A stretch of 64,000 bases of DNA from Lingula anatina (lineage: Eukaryota; Animalia; Brachiopoda): assembly GCA_051362555.1 (NCBI GenBank), contig CM120641.1:10850001-10914000 (forward strand), in the 5' to 3' direction. Of this stretch, positions 14,230-27,900 are shown one piece after another; the first letter of the stretch is position 1; each line of letters starts with the position of its first letter. Made by a program: the position numbers and the translations under genes. Under the pieces are notes generated by a model. It had not been told where the DNA came from. It ran no database searches and was given only the letters and a program-made list of their open reading frames with translations.

Positions 14230-17200
14230 TTAGTCATAAAGGATCTTGACTCTATTGGTCATTTCGTGCTGCTTTAATACGTTGTCCATCCGTCCATCAA
14301 ACAGTCCATAGATGCCACCTGTAAAGGAATATATTAGTTATTCCCAGAACCAGCGTCCACTCAGGCGAGTAATGCATTGTACTTTGATTTTGTCAAATTC
14401 CTCGTAGATTTTCGCTATGTTTACATATCGATCAGATCAGATTTCAGATCATATTTTAGTTTGATGAAGAAAAAAACAAACCTGTGTGCAGAAATAATAC
14501 CCTTCTACCCTTGAACCTATCAGGGTGGTTGTTCATTTCTTGAACCAGGAACTTCACAGCTTTGCCCGTGTAGGTTGGATCGACAATGACGCCCGTATCA
14601 ATGCCCACTTGAATGAAGTAATCTAATGAAAGGTAATAACATATAATATCAAGAATGTATTACCACATATATTACACCAAAATGGCCAAAAAACATCCCG
14701 GAAAATGCGCCCTAATGTCGATAATTCCCCGATGTAAGTATATTGATAATATCCATGGTTTAGTTTCAGAATTAACATACTTATTTCATTAAGCGGCATA
14801 TTCAAATTATTACATTAGCTGTATCGTAATCCTAACGTCACAATGAACTACTGAACGTACTTAAGCCCCATATCACCACTGCAACCTAACAAGTCAAATT
14901 GACTTCCACTATGGCAAGTAACGAGATAACAAGCGCTGGATATTGAGCATTCTGTTATTGTTGGTGGTACTGAAACAAACAATTTAAAATAAATCAATGT
15001 CCATCTCTAACCTAGTTCTTCCTGGGTGGACACCCCATAGCCTTGGTTTTCAGGACCTTCAATCATGTCCACCATGTCCTCTGAGCGTACGTCAGTCAGT
15101 CCAACATCGTCCAACATCTCATTGATAGCGGCATTATAGAACTTGGCATCCTCACACACGATCAGGGCATGGATTCTAAAAATGTAACTAATATATACAG
15201 CAAAGAGACAACACGAAGTACCCCAGCATGGGTTTCCTGCTGCAAATAATTCAAGTCAATTACCTCTTGTTGAAATAAAGCCTATGCAAAACTGGTCTAG
15301 AAACGCGTTCAGAAAACTCCCCAAAAATCGATGGAGTGACCTACGTTGCCATGGGAACATAAAATAAAAACGCCGACCTTATCAAGGTCAGTGGCATGTT
15401 TCCCGTAACAAATTCACCAGCTATATATCTAGTAATACTATTCAATCATCTTGTTCACTATGCAGTCGTATTGCAAGAAAAAAGATTATGGCAAGCGTGA
15501 AAGATGAGCGTCATCCAAGAACTGGAAACTGCAGATAACAACCATATTTTAAAATTTTTAACATACTTGAGCTTGGACCCGTTCAGGTAGTTTCCTACAG
15601 CCAGCCCTGCAGCAGTAGCTCCACTTCCACAGGCAAAAGCTATGTCATCAAAATTGTCTAGAATACCCTGCATAAAAAAGATTATCAGTGCTGAGATCTG
15701 CATAGCCCTATATTATAAATACACAAATTTATGTACTTCTCATTTTCCCATCGAAAAATACAATCGGCACCGGTACACTATGCTAATAATTTTCCGTGTC
15801 GAGCGCTGTCAATCTCTCTAAAGCTACCAGTGCGGCCTGTATTGCTTAAAGTATACCCTCAATGAGAAAAGCGCATTCTTTTCAATAAAATTGCGACATT
15901 ATATATTCAAACTTGTTAGTCAAATGAGCCATTTACAAGAAAATGAAACCCAAAGATGTTAGAACAATTTTCCTAGGAAAAAAGGAATGGGAATTAGACA
16001 AACGATTAAATATTCTTTAAAGTGGAATATACTAGTAGCTCATATGGGAAAGGAAAAACTGAATTTTTATTCAACAACTACTGTTATATAGGATATTTAA
16101 ATTAAATCACGATATGTAAAGAAACTAATGTTACACCATATTACTTTATTGTATTTTGTTTAAGGTCACATACCTGTGAAATCATTTCATGAAATACTGT
16201 TATGTAGCCAAAAAGTCCGACCGAATTACTCCCACCAACTGGAATGAGGTACGAGTCTTCTCCACTTGTCTCCCTATAAATAAAACATCGAAAAACACGT
16301 AATTACTGAATATAATATATTACCAGCTTAAAATGCCTTGTGGGATGATCCATTCGACAACATAACGTATCAGCACACTGAAAATCTATCCTCTACCAAG
16401 AGGTCTTCTCCAGGTGTTACAAAATTGACTTAAAGACCAAGAACGTCCTTGGAAAGACTAAATATACAATTTTAAACAGCTAGAGAAGATATCTGGTAAT
16501 CCGTCAGAAATTGGATTATGTTAAGTATTAATTTTAACCGACTTCAGTAAAAGCGCATCGTTTTCTAAAGAAATTTATGGGGCCATTCGCCAGGTTTTGA
16601 TATCATAAATACTTAGTTATGGAATAAATAAAAATAATTATATAAATAAATAAATTCAATGAAATTATTTTCCTTACTTAATTCCTCTAGCAATATTTTC
16701 CATACTTGGTTTGAGATGAGACTCGTAAGTACCTTCCCAAGGCACGATGTAGATTTGGGCACCACACATTCTGTCAAGAAGCAGGTTGCCATTGCAGGGA
16801 ACGTCTTCAGAATTCTAGAATAAAAATATGCTTGTCAGTAGCCTAATTTTCCATCCCTACTTATCGAGTATCAGAGTACTAACGTCCGCTCGCCGTCTTC
16901 ACATTTTAGGCAGCCACATGCTGCAAGTGTGTGCTGATATGATAAAAGACTAGGCAAGCTGTTCTATCATTAATTCACCGCGGTGTTTTACAAGCTGTCT
17001 ATGTATAAACCTGGAAACTATGATGCAATGCAACAAGAGTAGCAATCTGACGGGAATGGCACGAAAAGAAACAAAGAAAGCAGTTTTGCGTTTCGCCTAC
17101 GTGTTCTGAGACCCAAACAAATTTATAAACAACACAAAGCACGTGGAGACAGAATATATATATATATATATAATTAAGGGCAAGACAGCCAAGGGTATGA

Positions 17201-17374
17201 AGAGCTAGTTCTGTGAGAGAGGTTACCATTCCGCTACTCTAAGATGGTAACTAACCTTTCTTTTTTATGTGTACACACGTTGTGTTCGGAGTTTATTCCT
17301 TAGGAGATATCAGGGTGTGCTAATTTTGTATTCACATTAATTCACTGGTTTAAGTAGGTATAGGTATTGTATTT

Positions 17375-17424
<50 letters not shown>

Positions 17425-19841
17425 TTTTTTTTTGTAAAAGTCAACATTGCAAGCTGGATAAGTCCAGACCCCCCCCCCCCCCACCCCCCCCCCCCACTAT
17501 CATCAACCTGAATTTTATAGGTCACTAGAAACTCACCGCCTTACTAACCTGCTAAGGGGCGGGAGGCCGTCTTCTGGGTCTTTTGGAAGACGGTTAAATT
17601 CTTTCAAGTTTACATTGACGGGCATTTAAATTTTTTTGTCGGAAAACGGACGATGGCTCAAGAGAGATGATTTGGAAGACTGCCAAAAAATATATCTGGA
17701 TCTGCCCCTGTGCCATGCTATCAGCATGCCTCTGACATCTCTGAAATCCAGGGTGGCTATGCTCCCCGTGTGGCATCAGAAACGTGAGCAAACAAGGGAC
17801 CTGGATTCATCCACATTGCACTCAGATACTACAGATTTCAATTTATCGCGAGTGTTGGTTTAATCAAGTATTGGATATTGATACAGTAGACGCTTGGTAA
17901 AAGTTACTAAAATGACACTGACGACGGGGTACATGTATGGAAAATGCATGTAGGTTTATAAAGTTACATATGTGTTGCAGTAACTACTTTCTCATCTATC
18001 ACTTTTGTTCAAGCATATTCCACATATTCTCCACCCTTTCTTTTATTTCAAATAGATTTTAAGCATGTAACAACTAGCATAATATTTTAACCTATATTTT
18101 GAAGTCAGCCTGAACACTTCATCACCGTATTGCCAAGACAATAGGACTTTCACGCTGACATCGTTCTTTTATAACCTTTTTAATCTAGAAGCAACTTTGC
18201 GTACCACTTCTACACTTCTAGTATTACTAACCTTCAATTTTGACCGAAGCACTAGGTGACTCTTCAATCCCGTCTGAGCTGACGCCACCGCTGTGGCTCT
18301 ACAGTGATTAGACTGAATTCCACCACATGTAATTATGTGCTTGCAACCCTTGTCCAAAGCATCTGCCAACAAAAACTCTAACTTTCGAACCTTGAAAAGA
18401 AAAACAACAATACGTTCTGTATAAAGAAATATGCCTGAAGAAACCAAAATGAAATAAAAAAGAAAAAAAAAACTAGCAGGGCCTAAATGCTACAATCTGC
18501 AACCATACAACTTGTTGTCACGGCGATCTAAGGAGGAACACGTCAACATGCAGAATCATTCCTTGAAAACATCTCCCCAGCTCAATTCTCTCCAACTTCA
18601 AATAGTTGTCAACGTCAAAAGGGCTGCAGGAAAATATGTACTGTGCATAGGTAGAGACAGTCTGCCATCGCAACAACCAAGGTTTGGGTCAATAAATTTA
18701 AGCAAGGTATAAATCTAGATATGTTGAAGCAGTGCGTTTTTAACCTTGAATTGTGAAATCCACATTAAAAATATGCTGACAGAGAACTTACCTTGTTTCC
18801 GGTAAGCGTACTGCCAGTTAGGTCGTCTCGCTTTACGTGAAGTGTGAACGGAGCCTTTACTCCAGGGACTTTCCACTCATGAATCGGGGTGTCTGCGTGA
18901 GCTAACTGATATTAAAAAGGATACATAAGCGTTAACAACCGTGAAAAATTCCTGAATTATTCAATTGTGCGTTGAGTATATAACTCTTGACTTATATCAA
19001 ATTATCGTGCTCTATGGTTAGTTCGGATAATTTACATCCAGACTCGGAAACTCCGTACCGATGTGACTGGAATGTTAGTCCTAGATAAAAGTCCAGTGTC
19101 ACATATGACTAGTACAGGTTGGAGTTAGTCTTAAAGGCAGGCCTATATGGGACGAACGTAGTAGGGAATGGACTACCGGTTCCTCGCGGACTACCATTCT
19201 TGTCACATTTGGAATAAATAAAACACAATTGAGATTTGAATCAAGAGTGTAGACTGTTCGCAAGTGACGTTACAGATCAGCGCGGGCCTGAGTGGCCTGC
19301 AAACTTGTTTCCGGCGATATGGATTTTTTCCACAAATCTTGCGGTTTAGAGGGTATAGGCATGTATAGGGGAATCTATCAGCCGTGTCGGTGGCCCATTT
19401 TCTTATTATGGCCAAATGGTGATGTCGTTCAACCATCTACATTATGCAACATAGATCCATCTTTCCAGATAATACTTCTATTAAATATGTATGTGTCACT
19501 GTGGGTAGCTCTTCCGCTGCTTGGCCAGCGACTCGGTGCTGCTAAGCGACTCCTATTCTTGATTTATGCCTCCATTCATGTTTATAGTGTATTGACCTAT
19601 TTAATACAGCAGCGTCTATCTGTATATAACGGTAGATTTGTGTCTGAATTAGCTTATCTGCATAAGTCAAGACCACTACAAGTAGGGGAAAGGAGTTGAT
19701 TCACTGATGAAGTGATGAGCTTCATAGTATTAAACGCAGGGCTTTTGGACCTACCTTAACGCGAGAAGATGGTATCTTTTTCAGTTTTGAAGCCCATGCC
19801 GGTGGTTCATATGGTATTCTGCAAAAGCTTGACGTGGCCAT
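14230..19841 (-). CDS. D-cysteine desulfhydrase-like (ACC deaminase/DCD family, PLP fold II), paralog A. Exons 19841-19755, 18905-18792, 18390-18232, 16814-16678, 16273-16174, 15667-15567, 15175-15012, 14622-14482, 14318-14230
   Basis: [40 protein letters not shown]...[28 protein letters not shown] (PLP lysine motif), [62 protein letters not shown] stop. Nine exons, all in frame. Confidence 0.93.
17371..17495. repeat. (TTTA)n microsatellite plus poly-T, then a poly-C tract
   Basis: Direct reading. Confidence 0.85.
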
Positions 19842-19929
19842 ACTGCCTCCCTCTTACTGCAGTCCGATCAGTTCTACGCTGGCAATCTGGCACGCGTTAT
19901 CGCTATAAAAGCGGCACAGCGGTATTTAT

Positions 19930-20183
19930 ACCAAGAGACCATTCCCACAGATATTTGGATCGATCTATCTCCCTGGGGAGTCTCACTAAATTGCTGTCAA
20001 CTTGACTGGCTTAAATGTCTGTCACACCTAGAAAAGCTGTTAAGGGGTAATTATCTTTACCCTAAGCTTAATCGGTAGGCGTGACAGACATTTAAGCCTC
20101 TTGAGCTGATAGCAATTTACCATGAACCCCCAGGGAGTTAGGTCGATCCAGATGGATTGATCTAAGTATGGGAACCCAGTCTA
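19930..20183. mobile_element. Imperfect palindromic MITE (family P1) just upstream of paralog A
   Basis: Arm GGATCGATCTATCTCCCTGGGG...GCTTAAATGTCTGTCACACCTA is mirrored by TAGGCGTGACAGACATTTAAGC...CCCCAGGGAGTTAGGTCGATCC. Related copies at about 27960-28170 and 58360-58500. Confidence 0.75.
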
Positions 20184-20268
20184 AGTACGTTGGGCTATGC
20201 CCATATCACCGTGTCCATACCTGCAGTGTAACAACAATACTAAGAAAGGGACGCTGACGCACCCTGTG

Positions 20269-20527
20269 CAGGGGCTGATCCAGGATTATTTGAATGGTCG
20301 TCCGCCTATGCAAAGCCCCCCCCCCCCCAACACCACCACTTTGCGTGGGGTTCGGGGCCCACTGAAGGGCTCCGAAAAAATTTGGTATTTTAGAGGGCGA
20401 ACGGTGCCATTCTGTAGGGTTTAGAACTATGATTCAGCTAGTCAGAATTTTACGTTCAAGAGGGGACCACAAGTCGAAAGGGGAGGGAGGGTCAGGACCC
20501 CCCGACTCCCCTCTTAATCCGCCACTG
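20269..20527. mobile_element. Short TIR element (CAGGGGCTGAT...ATCCGCCACTG)
   Basis: Imperfect terminal inverted repeats with CTGTG on both flanks. The 3' half recurs at about 49098-49256 (TTTAGAACTATGATTCAGCTAGTCA). Confidence 0.65.
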
Positions 20528-20833
20528 CTGTGGTCAAAGAGTACCTAGGTTTTACCATGGGAGTAGAACCAGAAAGGAATAGTAACGGGTAGGGGCGTGA
20601 CGATTTCCATCAATATCATTGATCCTTATCAATAGGGAGCTGTTAACAAAAGTACCCTTTGTGTGTTAAAGCCACGTGGTTTAACAGAGACGGAATAAAG
20701 TCGATCACAGAATACCTGACAAGAACACATGAAGTCGCCTCCTTGATACGTAATAATAAGTTTTTTGCAAATTTACAAGTTTTTATCAAAATTGTGAGTG
20801 TGACACGCTTTATTGAATAAAAATATAACAAGC

Positions 20834-21062
20834 TTACTACCTCCGCGAAGGAGGTTATGTTTTCACCACTGATTGTCTGTTTGTTTGTCTGTCTGTCTGT
20901 CTGTCATCAACATAACTCAAAAAGTTATGGACCGATTTTTATGAAATTTTCAGGAACTGTCAGAAGTGGGCCAAGGAACAGATGATTAGTTTTTGGGTGA
21001 TCTGGATCAATAATCAATCAATAATCAAAAATAATCAAAAATTGCTGCCTTGGCGGAGGTCT
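20834..21062 (+). mobile_element. Helentron-associated (DINE-1/pearl-like) non-autonomous element, family C, 3' hairpin missing
   Basis: 5' ACCTCCGCGAAGGAGGT hairpin, (GTYT)n microsatellite, core, and 3' subterminal inverted repeat CCTTGGCGGAGGT at 21048-21060. Confidence 0.7.
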
Positions 21063-21957
21063 CGTTACTTCTGTTGTTCTTTTGTGCGATTAGGTTGGCA
21101 AAATTGGTAAAATATGGTGATGAATAATTAAGACAGGGTTTTTGAGTTAACGATTCTTTTTACGACGGACACATGCATGAGTGTTTGCTTTTTATTTTAA
21201 CTCAGTTAAGTGTATCGAAGTAGGCTTTGTAAGTTGTTTTGATTGTTACGAAGCTTTGGTATTTCTATCCCATTTATGCCAACTCTTATAAACACGTTTT
21301 CAATATATTTTACATTGAAAATTGTGAGTTGACAGCTGATGTTTCACAAAAAAAAACTAGTCTAAAATTGTGCACGAATGTATAAAAGAACTCCAGTGTA
21401 ATAGGTGGCCTCGGTTTTATTTACTTTTTTATCGTGACACTTGAGCTGGCTTATGTTCAGAAAGTTGAAACTCTCCCTGTGAAAGAAAGACGCCCTTATC
21501 CACAGCGTTTTCTATTTCTACAGAATCATTAAACTCATTCGCACCGTCCTCAATCTCTGATGAATCGTCGTTACTCTCAACTATATCATTCGTGGTACCC
21601 GGTAGATAACTATACCGGAAAAAAGTTTAACTGGATAACTTCATATTGGCGTTAGCTGACTGTGATATGAAATTATGCTATATTTATTTTCACGGGCAGA
21701 TTGTCTTAATACAACCCAGAAAGTGCTGCCACAGGGTGGCAACGGTGGGTCCTATACTGACCTTTCTCTTTGCCAAAGTCTCAGCAGACCATTTCTCTTC
21801 GGCTGCTAGTTTGTCCGAAAAAATAATTCAAAATGTGACAGGTTCAAGCCCAATATATCCGTTTCCCCCCATTTCTTCCGTTACTCAGGTGTAACGGTAG
21901 GAATGAAGAATAAGCGACTCATTACTCACACGGCAAGAGACTCAAAACTCGTTCCGT

Positions 21958-24900
21958 TTAGTCATTAAGTATCTTGACTCTATTGGTCATTTCGTGCTTC
22001 TTCAATACGTTGTCCATCTTTCCATCATACAGTCCAAAGACACCACCTGTAAAGTAATATATTAATTATTCTCAAAATCAAAGTGCACTGTCATATTCCT
22101 CGAAGCTTTTGCTATGTTTACAACATGAAGGACTTTTCATTAAATCCCCAACATAGCCGACAGTTTTTCATGTTGTTAGGATAGAAATTAGAAAAGAGAA
22201 CAGCACTTTCTTTCAGATCCTAGATCAGTTTGATGAAAAAACAAACCTGTGTGCAAAAATAATACCCTTCTACCCTTGAACCTATCAGGGTGGTTGTTCA
22301 TTTCTTGAACCAGGAACTTCACAGCTTTGCCAGTGTAGGTTGGATCGACAATGACGCCCGTATCAATGCTCACTTGAATGAAGTAATCTAATGAAAAGAA
22401 AAAAGCATAATATTATTATATCAAAAACAACAACCAAAATGGCCAAATCAGCCCAGAAGATGCGCCCTTACTTCGATTTATTCCCCGACGTATTTCTGAA
22501 GTAACATTTAAGTAACTAGGGAAGACCGGGGGTTGTTGGCCCAGTTGAACGCATTTGGCCTTGTAGAGCCAATTGGGAATGAGTTAATGCCAGGTGGCCT
22601 TTATGTATCATTAGTCCTAACGAACTCCTCATGAACTATAGAACGTACTTATGACATCATTGCATCTTATCAAGTCAAATTGACTTCCACTATTGCAAGT
22701 TATGAGATAATAAGCGCTGGATATTGAATACTCTGTTATTGTTAGTGTTACCGAAACAATTTTTAAATTGTTTAAAAAAACAAATCAATGTCCATCTCTT
22801 ACCTAAATCTTCCTGTGTGTACACCCCATAGCCTTGGTTTTCAGGACTTTCAATCATGTCAACCATGTCCTCTGAGCGTACTTCAGTCAGCCCAACATCG
22901 TGTAACATCTGGTTAACAGCGGCTTTACAAAACTCGGCATCTGAACCCACGAACAGAGCATGGATTCTGAATATAAAACAGTGTAATATGTAAAGCAAGG
23001 AAACAAGGTTCTCCCGCATGAGATCTCTGCTGCAAAAACTGGGCAATTATTGAAATAAAGCGTCTAGAATCGATGAAATGACTTATATTGCCGTTGGAAC
23101 ATAAAAAACGCCGAATTTATCAAGTACAGTGGTATATATATATATATATATATTTCCTGCTACAAATTCACCAGCTAGGCCTATACATGTATCTCTAGTA
23201 AAATTTCTCAATAATCTTGTGCACGATGCAACCATATTGCAAGACAAATGAGTATGGCTAGTGTGGAAACTGAACCTAAACCAAGAACCGGTAAACTGCA
23301 GATGGTGAATTCAAATAAAGACCGCATTTTAAATTTCTAACATACTTGAGCTTGGACCCGTTCAGGTAGTTGCCTACAGCAAGCCCTGCAGCGGTAGCCC
23401 CACTTCCACAGGCAAAGGCTATGTCATCAAAGTTTTCTAGAATACCCTGAGAGAAAAGGATATCAGTGCTGGGATCTGTATATATTATAAACACACAAAT
23501 GCATGAACCCTCTTTGCCTATTTTCCCATCGAGCGATTTAGTCTGCACCTGTACATTGTGTTATTTGATTGGCTGCGTCGAGTCCTGCCACCCTGAGCTT
23601 CAGAGATAACTTGACACTAACCTCTTCACAATAGCCTATCTTCATCGTGTCAAGTTACTTGACACGATGAAGATAGGCTATTGTGAAGAGGTTAGTGTCA
23701 AGTTATCTCTGGAGCTCAGGGTGAGTCCTGCCGATGTCTCCAAGCATTCCGGTGGGGCCTGTATCGCTTCAAGTATAGCCTCAATGTGAAAAGTGCCCTA
23801 ATTTTCAATTAAATTGCCATATTCTATATTTAAGCTTGTTAGTTAAATATGACCACGAAGACGATGAATTCCAAAATTATTAGGTGAGTTTTCCACAGAA
23901 AAAGCAATGGTAGTGCGACTAAGGAGTTAAGATATGGGAATGGAAAAACTGGTTTTTCAATCAACAAACTATTGACGTATTGCATAAAAAAGTCAATATC
24001 ACGATTTTTTAAAAAGTTAATATTGTGTCATATTACTTTATTGAATTTTGTTTTTAGGTCATATACCTGCGAAATCATTTCGTGAAATACTGTTATGTAG
24101 CCAAAAAGTCCAACCGAATTACTCCCACCAAGAGGAATGAGGTACGAGTCTTCTCCACTTGTCTCCCTATAAATAAAACGGCGAAAAAACACGTAATTAC
24201 TGTCGATGAAGATAATGCATTAGGCCTATGTGCTTAAATGTTTTTAACTGTATTCAACAACAGTAGGTATGAGCACACCGGAAATCTATAATTTACAAGG
24301 GGTCTTCTCTAGCTGTCAGTATTCAGGATTCAGTTATGTTTTAATGTTAAAAACACAATTGAACCGAGCGTTGATGGAGCGTGAATTCCCAGTAACGCAT
24401 ATAAACCACTTTTATTAGTTTCTCATACAACTCAAATAAGGTGAAGTGCCCATGGATAAACCGAATTAATCACTCGATGTGCCATAAAAGAGTTTTTGGT
24501 CGTAAATTTGACCTACTTATCTGACGTACTGTACTTATCTCCCCCTCCCCCCTTTATTTAAAGCACAGAGAGCAAGCAGAAATCCATACAAATATCATTT
24601 TTCGGGTAATATAAAACTATGTATTTTTGCATTTCTCTACGTTATACTATTTCAAAGTATATGGTGGCATTTGGTTGGTTTTTGTGGCAAAACAAAATTG
24701 ACTCCAAATGCATCTTTAACCAATTTTAATAAAATCGCATTGTTGGCTATAGAATTAAATTGCCCATTCGTTACGTCTTGTTGTCATAAATATCTAGTTT
24801 ATTTCCTTTTTTCATTTATGAAAAAAATCAATCAATGAAATTATTTTCCTTACTTAATTCCTCTAGCAATATTTATCATACTTGGTTTGAGATGAGACTC

Positions 24901-27900
24901 GTAAGTACCTTCCCAAGGCACGATGTAGATTTGGGCACCACACATTCTGTCAAGAAGCAGGTTGCCATTACAAGGAACGTCTTCAGAATTCTAGAATAAA
25001 AATATGTTTGTTTGCAGCCTAATTTTCCATCCCTACTTATCGAATATCTGAGTACTAAGTCCGACTTTTCTCCATATTAACATACGCCCGCCGCCTTCAC
25101 ATTTTGGGCAGGAACGCGTTCCCGTTGACTGGTTGAATTAGCACAGGGTGCGATACAACATTTTCGTAATAGACTACTAGCGCACCTGTGGTCAGAGAGT
25201 AGTATACTATCAGCATATGGATCTGACACCTATGAAGCCAAGGGTGGCTATGCTCTCTGTGTAGCATCAGGAACATGAACAAATAGGGGAACTAAATTCA
25301 TCCAGATTGCACTCAGATACTACAGATCTCAATTTATCGCGAGTGTTGGTTTGATCAATTATTAAACATTGATACGTTTACTTGCTGAAGCTTAAAAATT
25401 GGTAAAAACTACTAAGTGATAATGGCACTATGGTATACATATATGACAAACCGTAACAAATACATGTAGGTTTATTAAGTTACTCTGTACTGATGTCCGC
25501 TATGAGTTGCAATGTCGTTTTTGTTCCAGCAGATTCCCCTTCCGTTATTATCCATGGCCCACAGAAGCCTTTGCGTGCCTATTTCAAATGGTCCCAAACA
25601 TGAGGACACGACGTGCACCATGTAATGTCAATTTCACAATTTATTAGGTCTCATAGATGCGAAATTGACACCATCCATGACCATCCATTCTGCATTCCTC
25701 TTTTTTTGTGGTGTTTTGAAACACGAAATCGACTATTTCGTCAATAACTGACCCCCACATATGCGAGATTGGTGCAGGCCATGCCGCGTTCGTCTAAAAT
25801 TGTGGTATTTTGAGCTGAGAACGACCAATTTATACACACGACAATGAGATGGCCGTGTCTATTTCGTAATTTACTAGGTTTTAAATATATGAACCTTTTT
25901 CGTCTTTTACTGTGGAATTTTTAGCATAGAATAACTATATTATAACACACGAAATAGACATAGCTCATGTCGCTCACTAAATACCCCCGTACCTCAGTTA
26001 ACTATTTTCTAATGTCTTCATGGGATCAACTCTCCTCCTCCACTAAATCTTTACCTTCAATCTCATCTGTCAAGAACTCGATAAAAATCACCTCACTGCT
26101 GGGTCGCTTTCAACAACAATACTAAACTTGGACAGAAATCAAGAAAAAATTCTTAACAGAACGAGGGTCGGGTGTTTATTTAGAGCAGAATTGTTTAGGC
26201 ATAACTGGACTACTATTGACACACCACACTGCACCTGTGGTGCCCTTGAAACTCCTCTGCACTTCTTTTTCAGATGCCCCTCACTCAATTTAAGGTACCC
26301 TCCCCTTTACCAAAAAGTAAATGAAATTCTACATGAAAGTAAGACCTCTTTTAAAACAAAAAGAAAAGCTGTCCCTATTTCTCTACGGTCATGGATCTTT
26401 ATCACCCACCCAAAATGAAATTATCTTGGAAACTGTTGCAAATTTTCTTCTCGAAAACTTTGTCATCACTTAATAGGTACTATCTCTTTTCTTCTCCTTT
26501 CTTTCTGTACTTAATTTGTGCTCCATAATATTTGAAGTTTTACATTTACTCTGTTGTATATATGTATCCATTTGTTTTATTTATTTACTTATTTAATTTT
26601 GTGAAGAGCATATAATGCTTCCAGCGCCTTGCCTCCATTTCTTTCTTTTGAATAAACGTTGTTTAAAAAAAATGTCGCTCACTAGGAAAAACCCATCTCC
26701 ATATGTAGACGAACGCGATATGTACTTTTGGACACAGGTCTTGGAGGATCGATCTATTAACCTAAAGAGGTCATATTACTTTTCTACTGAATGTAAGACA
26801 TGTATGCCAAAACCCACTAAGCTGAGACACACTGTTTTTTATTATTATTATTATTTATTTATTATTATTTTTTTTTTTGATCTAAGAGCAACTTTGCTTG
26901 CGTACCGATTCCACACTTCTAGCATTACTAACCTTCAGTTTGGATCGAACCACTAGATGACTTTTCAATCCCATTTGAGCTGACGCCACCGCTGTGGCTC
27001 TACAATGATTAGACTGCATTCCAGCACACGTAATTATGTGCTTGCAACCCTTGTCCAAAGCATCTGCCAACAAAAACTCTAACTTTCGAACCTAGAAAAG
27101 AAACAATAACATTTTCTGTACACAGAAATATGCCTGAATAAGCCAAAATGAAATAACAAAGCCTAAGTTAAACAAGAGGCCCTATTTGATAATATCTGCA
27201 GCCCTGTAAGACGACAAGTTGTCATAAAAACATTTTGAGGACTAATGTAACCTTGTGGAAAAAATATTCCCTGTTAAACTCCCTCCAATTTCAAATATAC
27301 TGACAACGTTAGAAGGGCTGCAGAAAAATCTATAATATGCATGGGTAGAGAAAAAATAAGGTTTGGTTTATAAATTGAAGTGGGGCAAAAATCTAGGTAT
27401 ATAGATTTAAGTAGTGAGGTTTTAACCATATTTGTCTTGTGAAATCCACATAAAAATTTTTAATTTTCAAAATTATTAAAATATAATGACCGAGAACTTA
27501 CCTTGTTTCCAGTAAGCGTACTGCCAGTTAGGTCGTCTCGCTTTACGTGAAGTGTGAACGGAGCCTTTACACCAGGGACTTTCCACTCATGAATCGGCGT
27601 CTCTGCGTGAACTAACTGGTATTAAAAAGGATAAATAAGCGTTAACAACCGTGAATAATTCCTGAATTATGCAAAAGTCGTCTTGCTTGCTTCATGTGTA
27701 AAATCGTCACAGTACGTATACCACTGTGTGCAGCTCTTTTCCCAACACTCAGTTAGCGACTAGTTGCTGTTAGGCGACCCCGATTCTTGATTTTAGCATA
27801 CATTCAAGTTCATTTAGGTTAAAAATTCATGAAATATTGTATTGACATATCATGACATATTTAATTAGCTGCATAAGTATCTGGGATAAGATAGGCCTAT

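Noticed and set aside
19292-19699. 135-aa ORF antisense within paralog A intron 1
   Set aside because: No recognisable motifs and not preserved in paralog B; probably part of an unclassified insertion.
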